Origin: Lytechinus pictus
Lineage: Eukaryota
Length of the DNA stretch: 64,000 nucleotides
NCBI RefSeq assembly: GCF_037042905.1
Contig: NW_026974140.1
Location: forward strand, 9,672,001 to 9,736,000
Direction: 5' to 3'
The notes under the pieces are model-generated. The model saw only the letters and a program-made list of their open reading frames with translations. It was not told where the DNA came from and made no database searches. The translations under genes were made by a program, and so were the position numbers. Each line of letters begins with the position of its first letter. Position 1 is the first letter of the stretch. Shown piece by piece: positions 39,542 to 54,710 of the stretch.

Positions 39542-42500
39542 TATCAAGATATGTAGACATCACTTATACCTTCCCCAAACGCACACTCACATGTGAACCC
39601 ACAGACACACACTCTCTGAAGAAACTGGCTAGACCATTCCCAAGCATCCCAGTAATCTTGTTCAATATTTGGATAAAGCCAACCCGATGAAAGCTGCTCT
39701 TAGGTTTAAGCATGATGAAGCAAAAAATCATTGCCTGGTCGCTATCCCGAGACATTTCATGGACTTCACCAACCAAAGTCCATCATACCGCCCTAGATAT
39801 GATTTTCTTCTGCTTGGACAGTCATGCATTTGATGCACTTTACCTTATTCTAATCAATAAAGCGTTTCATGAAATAATGAGCTTACCTCTGTCAGTGACT
39901 TTGATAAGAAATTAAATACACAGTTATGTTTAGAATGAAATTAGCCTAAACGCATGTTAATGGACTGAAAATGTACGTGTCTATCTGTCTGTGGCCAGTA
40001 AATTTTCAGCTACATTGAGTGTGAATCAAAATAAAATCTGGACTCAGGTAAAATGAATTAATTGTTATTGATCATGTTCATTACCGAAAAACACGTTAAA
40101 GCATAATGAAGATAGTTCAGTAATTATTATATCATTTTGAAGTTTACGTTCCTAGGTCTCAAGTAGTCTCCAGTTTAAGGGATAGGCCCTGCATGCTTAT
40201 GAAAACGGAATTGTGGCAATATGAAATGATATAATTCCAAATATTACTCGGGATATAATTTGATTTACTGGATGGAAATGTCTGCTTAAGTTTCAACTTT
40301 AAACAAATGATTCAGTGTTACCGGATCAAATCACTTTGAAAGGAACTCGTAGAAACCAGGAGGGTGAGAGACATTGAGTGTTTTTAGTGAAAGCAATGAA
40401 CAAATTACACGAACTCCATTCGGACAGGAAAACAGAATTTCCCGTGCCACAGAAACGCAATCAATGGAAATGATTTAAAAACAGGAGATCTCTATCGAAA
40501 CCCTTCTGATTTGTAAAAACCGTTTACATGTTGTACTTTATCAGTAAAGTAAAGCTCAGGAAAAGGATATGAATGGAAGAAACGCAGGGAGATTCTAATG
40601 TATTTGGTGTTTCTAGATTTGAAAAAAGATAGTCAAGTGCGTGTTTGTTCTTATAAGGAGTGGGGTATCTTTCCATTTCCTTGTCTTTTTTATTCATGAT
40701 ATTAAGACCGGGACCGTTTGACAACAAACACAAAATACTTGAAGATATCATGCTTTGCTCTGTTCGATGTCACCTCTCGGGATCATGAAATTGCCGACAT
40801 GATCTGAATTATCCGACCATGTTACAGGGAAAATAAAGTCACGGAAAGAGGAAAAATCTAAAGTCGATGAAAGCTTGAATTTTTGACGGAAGGGAATTCT
40901 CATATGGCAGGCGATGTATTTGTACAATAACCATAGGCGATCAATTTGACGAAGTCATTGAGGCCATATAAACTGCTCCCTCTCAATGTTATCAGAGCGT
41001 CCTATGTCTATACCTCGTGCAAATATATCGACACTTTCAAGTTTTCTTCCTATCTATTTTTTGGCGCGGAAACATGAAAAATGTTGGAATATCTTGGGAC
41101 AGCACGCACAGCCATAGATATCAGTCTTTGGTTGGTAAATTTGCTCATCCTTCCTTGAGAGGTTGTAATGATGTTAGCGAAAACCGTAAATAGTAGCGGT
41201 ACATCCTATTCCTGATATTTTCGGTTGCAGGGCTAGCAGAGGACGGGAGTCAGAGGGATGACTGATGGGGCATGTCATCGTTGGTTTGGGTTTAGGGAAT
41301 GTGGAAGCACACAAGGTGAGAGAGGTGGGGGTACAAGGATTGGAAGAGCCAGATAACAAATCAGAAACTACAGAGAAAAAAAGAATATCGTATAGGAAAT
41401 ATTTCAGTCAGAGGGAGAGAGAGAGAGAGAGATATATATACACACAAACAGACAAAGACGAATACATAGAAAGGGAAAGAGTTGGGATTTGGTCGTAAAT
41501 AGGAGGGCAGAACAAGAAATAAGAACTATGCCAACATATAAGATCAATTAGAGTCTTTGCAAGTTTCAAATCGATGTTGAAACCCATCGTTTTTGGAAGT
41601 TAGTAGGCCTATTAACTATCAATTGAACATTAATTTTTTAATGCGTGTAGAGGCTATGGTATTATGCCTTTTTAAAACTGAATAATATGAAAAGGGGAAG
41701 GGTCTTCGACAAAAGGGTTCATAGTTGAATGCCGCGAAACGTACTACATGTATACAGAAATAATAATGAACTGTTGAGATGTAGAGAGAAGGGGGAGATG
41801 CTAGATCCATGGAGACGATGAAATGATATCTTGATGCTGTCATTGTTTAGGTGAAAGTTTTGACCTGTAAATATCCCTCAAGGATGATCACAGGTGAGTG
41901 ATCTACCGTGACAGCATGGGTAAGAGGATCGAGCTGGTTTGAATACGGCGTGTTTTTTCTTTGTTTAGGAACAAGAAAACGCAAGAAATGAACTCCATGG
42001 CCGTTTCTCAATTTCATGGATTTACAGTAGGTCCTCAGCGGGTTTAAATTTAAATCTTATATGGTTCAGCAAAAACAAAAGTTTTAAAAGACTGAAATCT
42101 GGAACTAATTTTGCCCAATGAACCAATTCGATGAAAAGTAATGCATTTTGGTTAGGCATTGATCCTCATTACCAGGTCCCTCGGAAAAGATTTAAATCAT
42201 CCCTATACGTTCCAACAGTCCGGTAAAAGCCCCATAGGCACCAACATTTAATCTTAGTTCGTATGTACGTGCTCGTGGGTGTGTGCGGGTGTGTATGTGT
42301 GCGTGTGTGAAAGAGAGAGAGGGAGAGAGATAGAGCTGAAGCGGTGTTAATGAATTGGATCATTAAAATAAATCTTTAAGAAATGAAATCATATTTGGAA
42401 TATCACAAAAAGCAAAATAATTTATGATTCTGTTCCGTCACTGATAAACAAAAAGATAATGAGACCGATTGCGCCAAAAAAACTGGAAAGGAGACTCCAT

Positions 42501-45099
42501 ACTAACCATTACTATTAAATCTCAAAACCTTTTCGTGAGTCATTCATATTTGCAAGTATAACCATTAACCCAAAGGGTTTATTCACTTACTGCATGTTAC
42601 TTAGATCTCATTAGAGACGAGTTTAAGCACCAGTTTCGTAGAAAATTGGAAATATATCCATCATCCTTCAATCATTATGTTTGAGAAGACATTGATTCAT
42701 AAAAAGTAACCCCATTGCAAATTATGAATGGTATTACTGGCGACTTTTAAAGCATGCATCCTCATGGGAGGATGAGGGGGGGGGGGGGTATCTGAAATGA
42801 CGTCACAGTGTGATGAACTGTGGTTCATTTCTCCCGATGTATTAAACTAAACTATTCACGAAAACATTGCGTCATAATACAGAAATGTATACCTTTGGAG
42901 TGAATGGCCTTTCTGAGAGAGCAATCCGCAATGATTAAAGGGGGGGGGGGGGGGGGATTCGATTAAATGTGACGTCTGAATTGGAAATGACAATGAAGAT
43001 CTTCCCACTAAACAAAAATTATACAATGCTTGGAGAATAGAGTAAGGGATGGTTGGACAGGAATCTATGATTCATTTTGTTTCATGAAGTAATATCAAAC
43101 AACGGACAAATATCACAAAAATACTTTGAAGGGGGAGAAAAATCAGAATTATGAGAACAAATGGATAAGAATCTGATTAAAGGTCATGCCGTCATCATGA
43201 ATACAGTAGAAGATTGCGGTGAAATGCAACAATTTACTTTTATTCATAAGATGAAAGATTCTTCGAAGACGAAAGAGAAGGATGAAAATAGGAGGAATTT
43301 TGCGAGAGTAAATAAAAGCACGGGTGAGCAATCAAGAATGCATTTTGTAGACTTAATATAGATAATGACATTTGAAATAAATGGCTGAGTTTGATTTTGA
43401 TCGTGTAATTGTCTTGCGGATGACGGAGCATAAATAATAGACATGAAATGCTTTTTGAAATGGGCTGGTGTGGCATCTTGAAAGTGCTAATAATATCGTC
43501 ATTCAGGTTTGAATGATTGATTTTTAAATGTCTTCACTGGTATTTCAAGAATTGAAGATTATTATGATTTTCATATATATGCATGTTACCAATATTTGTT
43601 GGTGAAAGAAATTTCAAAATAAATGATGAGATTATTTGTGTAATCAACTTTCATTCACTCTAGGAGGTAGTGATACATATCAATGAGATTAAGATTTTTA
43701 TTATTTTAAATGAATAAATTGACGAATTTTCCAATTAAGATATTGGACAATTAAGACAGTAAGAATTAAATTATCAGATTATTTGTCTGTTCACCTTTTC
43801 TTCATTCTGTCTAGAAGCGTCTGGAACACAATTAGAAGGAGGACATTCCCCACCCTATCATTGCCCATTTTATGGGTAATGATGGACAGAAATTTACAGA
43901 ATTTTTTTTTTAATTCATGCACAAAACATTGTAGTATATTCGTTTGCTATACGTATTATCACAGACGACATTCTGTTGATGACTAAATGAATAAACCACA
44001 GAAGTACACAGGCAATATGGGCGAAGACCCAAGCGCCACCAATATCATATTTTCTTCATCATCTACTCATTCACAAATTCTGATGTAAAGAGAGGGAGAG
44101 AGTGGGGCAGGGTAAGAGACTGAACGATTCGGACACACTCCCTGAACCCAACCTTCTTTTAGCAAAGATTCACGTCAAAATCAAGCCAAGCCATATGCAC
44201 TGACATCTAAACAGAAATGATATCTTGTTTGTACAACTGTACAACTGTCCATTTGAATTTATCCCTTATAAAAACGCAATCTCTGTCTCCCATAGCCATT
44301 ACTTGGACATCGTAATCAGATCTGCCGGCATCACTTGTTTCTGTTGAATAAAACTATTATAAGAAGGTTATGGCATATAATGATATTTTCCATGAAGTAT
44401 AGGCTAATTTCTGGTCATGGCAAGAAGAGATTACTCGCTGATGAATGGCGAGTTATTTCTCTTTGCAGAGAAAGGAGGAACATTAAGCCTCGGAAAGTGC
44501 GACGGCCTCAAATTAGAAGGGTGAATTGTGGTGTGTAAAATGGTCCTCACCCAGGTAACTGATCCTATTCATTCTTAAATAGTTACTTTATCATAATATT
44601 GCCGGAATGTATACAGCAGATTTATTTCGAGATAGGGAAAGAACACACATGATTATGACTTGTATTAAAATCTATATACTGCACCTTATTCGGGGAAAAA
44701 CTGACTGTCAGTGTCATGCAGGGTTGGGAATACAGTGGAGATGATTTTCTTTATAATTATGCAAATGCTTCATCTTAATTTTGTTTTAAGTAATTAATTC
44801 ATGATATATTTCTTTATCTATTAGGTAAAGGTACGATATATTGTACATGTTGGAGAATCATCTGAAATTCTTATCTTATAAACATGATATATTAGGTACA
44901 GTGACAGTTAAAATATTATACAACCCCCCGCAAATTGCAACTAATCTTACAAAATTGCAAGCCAAGTCTTAGGTAATTGTATACAAGAAGATTAAAACAA
45001 GATTATATAGATGAATCAATAGGAAGGTGTTCGATTTGTAATTTTGTTTTGAAAAAGTCGCCACTATTTTTGAGAACCTGCCAATTTGAATGGTATTGG

Positions 45100-45260
45100 A
45101 GATAATTTTTGTACCAGTAAACACGTAGCAAATATGCCAACCCCTAATCTGCCTCAGCCTGGGCATTCTTAGGTGTTTTATTGTCAAAGCCCCAGGGTCG
45201 GAGGGAATCTTGCCTGTATTAAAGATGAAATGCTGTCCGGAAAAATTATTGACGTAGGTC
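45100..45260 (+). mobile_element. Possible ancient CR1/L2-type RT fragment
   Basis: One frame reads ..VKAPGSEGILPVLKMKCCPEKLLT*, reminiscent of the KAPGxDGI motif upstream of LINE RT domains; single motif only. Confidence 0.25.
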
Positions 45261-47166
45261 ACGCCCTCTACGTTCGCTGGCCAACCGGTTGTAACAAAGC
45301 GGATCAGGGTAAGATGTGAACATACTAAATCGGGAACACCTCATTGTTGACCCTCGTGCGAAATGTCCTTTGTATTATTAATTAAATGGGACTTGCACAA
45401 TGTAGGGCTGTTCCCACTTCGCAAGATATTTTGTCTTTCTAACTTCGAACTTATCCCTTAGGCCGCTTACACCACTGAGGCATCTGTGTGACACGGAATG
45501 GAGAATGATCCGTGTCAACAGGGTCCAATAGATTTCGGCTTCATGATGTTCAAAATTATTAGGCTTGATGTTAATTTTTTTTTAACCGTTTTATAACATG
45601 ACATAAATGTGATAAAAATATCGGATGTCCTTGTAAGCTATGTACAGTATTTTTTAAATATGTTTTTTTATCTGGTAGTTAGGCCATCTTGGTCATTCCT
45701 TTGTATAATCTTTTACCTTAGTACGTTCACTTCTGTTTGAACACGGTCGAATGAAGTGCGTTGTTTATTACAAATTCATGATATTAGAAATACAGGCCTT
45801 CATTTTTTATTAGAAATTTATAGGGTTTTTTAAATCTTTGGTCAACATGATCATTATTAGGAGTAAAAGGATATGTTTAATGATATGTATATAAGCCTGT
45901 GCTTCATGCTTAAAAATGTAAACAAATATTGATATATCTATCACAATAACTGATTTCTAGTGTGGGTTAGCAATAAATCTGAAAACCCCCAAATCGCCTC
46001 TACAATTTGCTCAAGTGATACTACTATGATCAAGGTGATCGGCAACACTGTCTTCGATACAAACTAACATTTGCCACTTAAGAAAAATAAGAATTAGAAC
46101 ATACCCACATGATTAGCAGTGATATTCCCAAAGGCTATTGTGACGTCACATGGAAACTAATCACGAAGATGATACCTTCTGTTTTCCCTGTTTGCGCTAC
46201 CCAGGACTTCCTTATTACACTCAGATTTGATTGATATGACAGTTAATGCTTATTTTTTTGTGCACTCACCCATGCTTATATAAAGTGAGAAGACCAGAAA
46301 ACGGAAAAAATGGTATTGATGCTCTTTTCCATTTAAAAAAATCTCTTTCTGACAAAATATGGCAGTTCATTTTATAAACGATTTTTTGCTATACTCACAC
46401 TTTTCGACAATCCACATCTGTACCATGTTCACATGTCCACCGTTACACTTAAAGTGACATTGGCTCATATTCAATGGTAAATTTTAAATACAGGAAGCTT
46501 TAGTTATAAACTTATCGAGAGTTGATAAGATTGTCATTTTTACATTCAATGTAGGCCCTATATATATATAGTGCATATATCCTCTTAAAATTAACTGTAA
46601 ACTGTAATATGCTATCAAAATTAGATGAATAACAAGAAAACGCAAACCCCTTCTGTTACTAAAGAATCAATCAAGGAAATCTGTTTTTTTGTTATCCTAA
46701 ATTGCGTTCGAAACGTATTAATCAAATTAGCGCTAGTAATAGAATTAAAAAAATTCAGAGCCATTCCTAATTTTAAGCCAGAATTCATGGTAGAACGAGG
46801 TTAGCGTGTTGATTAGTATTCACTGTACTCTTCCATATGACAAACATGTTGCTTTCTTGACCATTTTAGGGACACTCTGCTAAATTGCTCACGGAATGAA
46901 GTCATAGCCAAAGTGTAAGGCAACTGTGATCAATCATCCTCTTTTTTCTAAGAATCTGGAAGTTATTAATCCTGGATTTTCTTTTGGCTATTGGGAAATT
47001 CATAACGTTGTGAAATTTTCATGTTTTGTCGATTCAAACCTGTGATGCTGTTTTTTTCTCAATTTCTCCACAAAATAATTTAAATAATGTAGAGGTAAAA
47101 CGAGCATGAGGCTGCAAATTGTATCCGGAATCGAATGAAAAACAAGGTTATATGAAGTTGAAGTTA

Positions 47167-47288
47167 CACTGTAAAAATGAAGTGCTAATTTAGCACTTAC
47201 AGTGATTTGAACTAGAAAATCAGCACTCGTAGTGCAGTCACTTTACAAGCACTGTAAGTGCTATATTAGCACTTCATTTTTTACAGTG
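47167..47288. mobile_element. 122-bp MITE with ~38-bp TIRs and TA flanks
   Basis: TA-CACTGTAAAAATGAAGTGCTAATTTAGCACTTACAGTG ... CACTGTAAGTGCTATATTAGCACTTCATTTTTTACAGTG-TA. Confidence 0.9.
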
Positions 47289-50200
47289 TAAAAGAAATAG
47301 AGAACCGATTAAATTAATATTCAACGAAATGATCGGTTACTATATATTTTACAAAAATATACATATATTTGTTTTGTTTATGCTGGGGCAAAAAAGGAAA
47401 AAACATGCGAAAAAAGTGGGTGTGTGACATCATCAACTCCCACATCTGGACAAGTTTTGTAACTATGAATTTAAGTGAACGTTTTAAATGTTATTACCCT
47501 CTTGTTTTAATTTTACATCTGATTTGGATAAATCTTTCAATGTCACGTTTGCTTGATTTTTTGGGATGAACTTACCGTTAAAAACCATTTAAAGAATGTA
47601 CTAACACATGGGCCAGAAGAATATGTAACTTCATCTGGAGTACTCCGTTTAGAACAGTGCTGTACCTCAAGAGAGTGTAGAGATCTTGTGTGGAGATGCC
47701 ATTTGAAATATGGTTGGACCTCTTTGGCAAGGTTCCCATCAAAATACAGTTAATTAGACTCCATCCGTATATGATTAAAAGTCGGAAAAATATTCGTCCC
47801 TTGTTCATGTCCTTCCATATTCCTAATTTGGCAAGGTGTACATGTTGCCCAATGTCTTTAGCTGCTTCAGCTTATCGAGGATATCTTTAAAAAGAAATTA
47901 ATATGTGGTAGGCTCATGATACTCTGTAAATACAAAAATCATAAAAATCATTCAATGTTGATGTAACAGATTTATAGACGGTCATTAAATAAAAAACGAT
48001 AGTAAGTATAATGTAATTAAAGCAATTCATTCTCCCAGTTAACATGGTTAAGGGGAATTGTGCAGAACATTTTGTCGTGGAAAACGGTTAATGTTCGACC
48101 AAGATTACAGTACAATTGTAACCTGACATTGCTTTTGTGACATCACCCTTTCTGCACAGGGCCGGATGTACATTTCATTTTATTTTGACTTGGTTTAAAA
48201 AAGCCTTCAAGATCTGTAATGGCGGGTTTACTCTGATTAGTCTAATGGAGATAGTCTTATTAAGATCAGGGACCAATGGTTCAAGGACAAGAGATACATT
48301 GAACGGTCCATTAAACTTACAAAGGAAGGGAGTTCCATACCTCAACACTCTCTCACACGCAAGATACCTTTCCCGGATGTACGGGTACGCAGGTTGTAAC
48401 CATTAATCGCGAGTGACTCTTATCTTAACTGTTTGGCAATCCTTGTCTCTCAAGTTCAATTTGAACGCTTCATCAGCAGTGGGTTTCCTCTTTATGTTAC
48501 AGCCACACCAAAGATACCAAACCGATGTTATGCCATTTGAAATATTTTCATAGATTTGTTCGGCATGGAGTTGGTTTAACGGGTGGGACTGTGGTATTAG
48601 GGGTACAGAAACTCCCACATGACACACATGTTTCCCGCCAGCATCAGGTATAGACCTGGATAAACATGCAAAAAATTCATGATTTGATATCAGTGCAGCA
48701 CATGTATGGATTAGAATCTAAACCAAATCTGAATCCTCGGTCACATCTTGAAAAGTAATCCAACAGTCCAACCTATGAGATTACTCGCAAAACAAAGGCT
48801 GTTCCATTTTTCGTAACGACTAGGCATAGATCTTTCACCCATTCCATTAATATATCTGTGAATAAGTGTTATTGAACTTTTAAGTGTACTCTTGTAGGTA
48901 CTCATTACTGCAATTGATCCAATAATTTGTGATAACCTATGACTTTATCATTCAATACGGTTATCAATTACAATTGTATTTGCAAGGTAAATGCGATTCA
49001 AGATTTATTCTTATCCAGTAGCCCAAACCAAGTGGTTAAAGGGCAACGACCTCAAAGAATCATCCCTGATCCTTTATATAGCTTCCGAATCTTCCTCCCT
49101 GTTTTCTGATTAAAATGAATGAATAAGGGACGAATCTGGAAAGTCGAGCACAAAGAAATACAGGATTGCAAATCAGAAACAAAAATGACTCGGCTTATTC
49201 CTAAGAGCATGAAAGCTGATCATCTTTCAATGGTTAAGTAATATGAGTGAATTATATACATGGCGTACCTGGGCGTAGCAACGAAGTGCTTAGCGATTGA
49301 TTATTTGGAGAATGTCTGCGAATTGATTGCATTGATTATTGTGTGTTATCAATTTTAAAAGTCAGCCCCTTGATCAACCATTTAGCTTAACGCTGTAGCC
49401 CCTGAACATACTTTGATTGGAGATCTACAAACCCATTAAATCTATTTAATTTTCTTTAAACGTACTGCATACAGAGTAGATATTGTTAATCTTTTAAATG
49501 CACATCCGGGTGTGAGAATCAGACAGAAGTTAAGATTTATTGATTGATTGTGTGTGTGAAACAACGCTCTTTACCAGGGAAAGAAATAGTTTTGATGGAT
49601 TCGGTCGTTCGATCAAATGGGCATGACCTACCTTTTATTATTCATGTCATTCCATTTCTTGAGCGAGTTCAAAAATATCAAACAATGCAATTTCCGAGTA
49701 TCTGCCGAATCTTGTCTCAGGCCTGGCGTGTCTGCAGTAATCCATTTGCATGTAGCCTCTCTTTATCCGTCACTATGAACTATTTTATCTCTTTGAAAAA
49801 CGCTATCTAGGCTTTTAGCCAAGGAATAAATCCACAACCTGCCAACAAATCCCAAATACTGTAAACATCTAAACTCTTTGTCATCTTTATATGAAACTTT
49901 GAGAACCATTTTAAACCAAAACATATATGTACAAACTGCTAATTAAGTCATTTGATACAACAGGACGTCCGTTGTGGCATAATGGTTATGAATGAATGAA
50001 TGAACGAATGAGAAGAATTTACACCAGTTTGTTCGCTATGGCAGTTTACATATTTACTACAGGAATGCCCCTAACATGGCTAAGCTGGATTCCTACTTCT
50101 TATTAGTTATGTCTCAAATATGGCACGAAAATATGCCATGCCCTTGACACCATAAATCATAACTATCGATCATTAATGTTTGAGTCACGAAGATGAATAG

Positions 50201-52578
50201 ATAGATAGAGGAGAGAGATGTGTTTGGGAGAGAGAAGGGGGTGGGGTGCTAATTATTCCTGCTCCTTCCAGCAACAAGAATGGCAAGAACAGTATCCAGG
50301 AAACTGTGAAAACCTTAGAGCTAGTAGCTCCATGCTTTGAGGTTTTCCTGTCTAAGCCTTTGGAAATCCCAGTCCTAGGGTGTGGTAGCACTAGCTCAGG
50401 AACACCCTCTCTGTCGTTCTCTTTCCTGTATTACAGTCACACGAATGAAAACAACTAGAAACATGACAAACAGTTGACTTATTAAGCTGCATCAAGTTAA
50501 GTTTACTGATTTGACTAGAGCATACATGAAAACAAGTTGGGAGTACCCCAGTCAAAACTGCAATCTGTACGATCCGTCCGATATAGAATGTAGAAAGACG
50601 TTGCAAGTTGCTAACGTTTCCGAATGTTTGCCTATTTTGTTTTCACAGAAACAAAGTTTAAGTCCGTCTTTTCATCATGATAATCTACACAAATGTTTTA
50701 TACACTTTCATGTTTCCGAAAGTTGTAATTACCAAATCGTGCAAAGTAAAAATGTAGACATATCTATCTCAATTTTGTTGTTTATTCTCAAGTTCATTTT
50801 ATATCAGTTAGAGGATTATTAAAAATGTTCTCGGGGGGGGGGTAGATTTGTGAACGTTTCATAACTAAGAAACAAGACAAACTATCCATTAGCGTAAATG
50901 AAATCTAGGACAAAAGCTGAGTAACAGTCGCAATACTGATGTAACTTGTTTTTCTTCCTTTTTCTATACCGGCTTTAAAGATGGAAGGGGAAATATTTTA
51001 ATTACTATTGTATATGATAAATCATCACACATGTCATATAAATACTGTATTGCGAACTGTCTACTTTAATAGAGTTTCCCTTACGATGATGACGATAATG
51101 ACGACGATGATGATACTGATCAAGCTACATCAAATTGTGAATAATATGAAATCAGGTTTTACTCTTTTCAAGTTTTCTTCTCATGAGAATAATAATCTTA
51201 TTATTCACGTAAGCAAAAAAGACGTGTACTTATGTTGCCTTTTCCATTCGACATGTTCGAGGCTCGAAAGATTTTTAGAACGATCATCATGTTTACAAAG
51301 AACAATGAAAGTTCGGCATTGTTTATGTTTAATACATAGATATCATAAAAAAATCAATAGGAAAATATTTGTAAGGAGAAAACCTTATTGGTCGGTCTGA
51401 ATTTGTTCTGAGTTAGAATCACCGATAATTGTTTCCGTGAAACTTAAAAATCTTAATGTATTTTTGGCCTCTTGTTTATTATCATTAGAACGAGTATTGT
51501 GTCACTTGACCGTTAGTCTTCAACGGTGATCACTTTGTGCTCTTAACATGCTTAAGTTGGCGAATAAAGTAAGAGTAAGAGGGCATAGTTAAGTGTGTAT
51601 GTTTTAGCATTGGCATTGGATGAATTTAAGGTACTGGTCAGAACCGGTTGTGATTATAAGCGTAATTGACGCGTAGTAGCCTATAATTGTTTCTATGGAC
51701 TGATAAATCTAAATGGACGGCTAAGGAGAAGGAGGGGGGGGGGGGGGGTGGGTGGGATGGGGCAGACACCGGGCGAGGTATTCACTATATAAGCATGATA
51801 ACAGAGAAGCTCGTAAAAATGTTAAAAGATCGGACATCCGAAACCCTCCAGATCATAATACTTCAGTAGATAGACGTAATAATCATAATAACCTTATTTC
51901 TAACAGTCTAAATTACATTAGCAAATAACGTGGTATATGTTTGCTGTGCGGCTAAATATGCACAGTCTTTCCTGTCGAATAGTTGATAATTTAATGTGAA
52001 TGAAAAAATAAAAGCACACACCCTTTGACGGTATTGTTAACACACATCACTATCATCTCCGTACAAGAGTAGGTCGACCTTCTTTAACACACTGACTGCA
52101 AATAGTCTGATAACTTGTGCTATTTATAAATGGACTACGAGAAAACATAAAATCATATTTAGGTTGCCTGCCCTTTGCCTGCCGTAGTTACTTTTTTAGA
52201 ACGCCGATTCGTTGGCCTCGCTGTGGCGCTGATATTGTTAATTTTGTATTCTGGGACATGGGGCTATTTCGACCCCTCTTAGGAAGTACACGCCCTTCCC
52301 GAACTCCACTTTCATCTCTCAAAAGAGTAGACGGAGACACGAAAGAGAGAATTGATTTCGATCTAAAGAATAACGTGTTGAAAACTCATAGCTCATCGAT
52401 ATGATAGTCCAACAGTGTCTTTTAATTCAGGTATGTGTTAATTGAAAAAGCTGTCATGGACAGGTAGAAATTGTAATTTAGGAGGTATATTTTGTTTGAC
52501 ATACAGCAGCATACACGTTTTAATATTACATTTATGTTTGTATTTCATATGCATTCCTATGTGTACAAAAAACTTGCA

Positions 52579-52580
<2 letters not shown>

Positions 52581-52610
<30 letters not shown>
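52581..52610. repeat. (AT)15 microsatellite
   Basis: Direct reading. Smaller (AT)n at ~24257, (GA)n at ~41412 and ~52855, and (TGAA)n at ~49989. Confidence 0.95.
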
Positions 52611-52616
<6 letters not shown>

Positions 52617-53339
52617 GAAATGAAGAAGAATAAATTCAATCGATCAAATTCAATCAATCAATCATATATGATCATTTTGGTGATTCCAAGATCTTACAAC
52701 ATACACTAATTATTATGTGCATTATATTTAATATTTCCAAATCACAGTGAGACTTCCAAAGTTTCCAACACATTACTGTTTAGGAATCAGAACTTGTGTG
52801 TATCTGTAAGATTTAGTAGGCATACTTGGTTGTTTCCAGATGAAGAAAGAACTGAGAAGATAGAGAGAGAAATAGAGAGAGAGAGAAGGGGGGGGGGAGC
52901 AGCTTACAATTGTTCCAATTGAACACCATTAGATATGTATGAATGTGAGATAACTCACTTCCAATTGTACAAATCTTCAATTACTTGATATAAGTAAAAT
53001 GTTTATCGCATGCGGATGGCAAATCGAATAATGCAATCACATTGATGGATTTCGAGACAAAGTTGATTATAAGGAAGGCAAGACCTTTTTAGACGGATTC
53101 TCGCTCTTTTCGTATTTCCCATCGGTTTCACCCGTTCTTCATGTTCTTTGTCACTGGAAGGTGAGCATTTGATAGCGAAATTATGATCATTTGAACATTT
53201 TGGCAAGGCGCGGAGAACAGATGTTTCTCTGGTTCCTTCCTATTCATTTACTGACATTCATGTGGTAATAATAAAAGTGATTCAATAAATTTTTTTAATA
53301 GCTAACCTAAATTTACATGTAGAAAGATTTGTTTATAGA

Positions 53340-53723
53340 CAGCGCGCGACAATGGCACTGGTCCGACGGTCCCAGACCAGTAAAAATTGATGTAGGGCCA
53401 GTAGTTTTTCAGAAATAGCCAGATTTACTGGTCTGACATGACCAGTAGAAAATGTATCAAACTGATAAAAATGAATGTAATTCTAAAAACTGGCTCTCCA
53501 AAATTTAGAAATGGCTCTCATGAATTATGTTGTGGGGGGGGGGGGGCATTAAAAGCAATTAAAATCAGCAAAGTAAACTCTTGTCTCTATTTATATATTT
53601 TTTTATTTTTTTATGGGACCAATAAATTTTAGGTTCGGACCAGTAAAAAATTGAAAATTGGGCTTTTACTTGTCCGACATGAACAGGTTGGACCAGTAAA
53701 AAAGGGGTTAGTGTGGAGCCCTG
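53340..53723. mobile_element. Non-autonomous hAT-like element
   Basis: Right end GTGTGGAGCCCTG, degenerate left end CAGCGCGCGACA; flanking direct repeat TTATAGA (53333-53339 / 53724-53730); repeated subterminal GACCAGTA / ACTGGTC motifs. Confidence 0.75.
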
Positions 53724-54479
53724 TTATAGATATATACCAATTACCAAGTTTATATACCATATTAGACTTAGAAGGCCATAAACATTTCTGAAAATATTCT
53801 TTTTCAATAAATCCTTTCAGAACAATCAGATTCTAAACAGACAACTTGGCTGAGGCTATGAAAACAATGTTGCACCCCCCTTTTTGTTACCCAATGGTAA
53901 ATTCCACGAAATCGGAGACTGGGAAAGGTTGTTTAGCATCGTTTTCCATGATATTTACCATTGGATTTTAAAGTTACTTACCGGAGTGGTAGGCCTACCT
54001 TTTATGCAACACAAGTTTAAAATCTTCATGTTCTTAAAGAATTATTACATAAGAAAATATCACCAGAATGTTGCAGAATGCGTGTCTGTCAAACATACGG
54101 TGACCTGTTCCTTAAACTGTACAATAAAACTTTGTTCTAACGTAATGACCATTGCTTCAGAAAACTACTGGATCCATGGCATATCGTCTGCCAGAAATGA
54201 CTCAATCAAAGAAAATGAAGACACGTCTACCTTCCATTACTTGGTAATTCAAATCGATTTGAATTTTAAGAAATTGAGACACCTCAGTTCGTGTGATCTA
54301 TTATAGCAAAGAATGTACCGACTGTTACAGGCTGGGATGGCATGCCTGCAATGTGATTTACTGTAATGACTGTCATTTTCCTGACTGAATTAGATCACTT
54401 CAACTCACAAATTTCCGAGGAATCTGATAGTGGCATCTCAAAAAGGTTTTAGGGTACGCTCCGTGGGCTGTCCGTGGCC

Positions 54480-54710
54480 TCCGTGAGTGTGGGTCTATGT
54501 GAGGGTGTGCGTTTGGCAGGAAGGTGCATACAAATATGTGTAGGCTTATATGAGGGAAGAATTGTGCGCGGGTGGGTGTGTGTGCTCGCGAATGTGTTGG
54601 CGTCCGTGTGTATGTGTGTTTGCGTTTGAGAGAAATGGATGGGATGGCGGAGCATAATGTGCATGTGCTGAGTGAGGGTGTGCGTGAGTGTGTAAGTGTA
54701 TGCATATGTA
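54480..54710. repeat. Degenerate (GT)-rich low-complexity tract
   Basis: GTGTG/GCGTG-rich sequence; it explains the His/Thr-rich minus-strand ORFs. Confidence 0.7.

Noticed and set aside
41520-41545. Partial match to the reverse complement of miR-31; an intronic miR-126 (as in EGFL7) was also considered
   Set aside because: Only ~12 nt match, the seed is not matched and there is no hairpin. No miR-126-like sequence was seen, and the exon lacks the EMI domain of EGFL7.
54400-54705. His/Thr-rich minus-strand ORFs
   Set aside because: Artefact of (GT)-rich low-complexity DNA.
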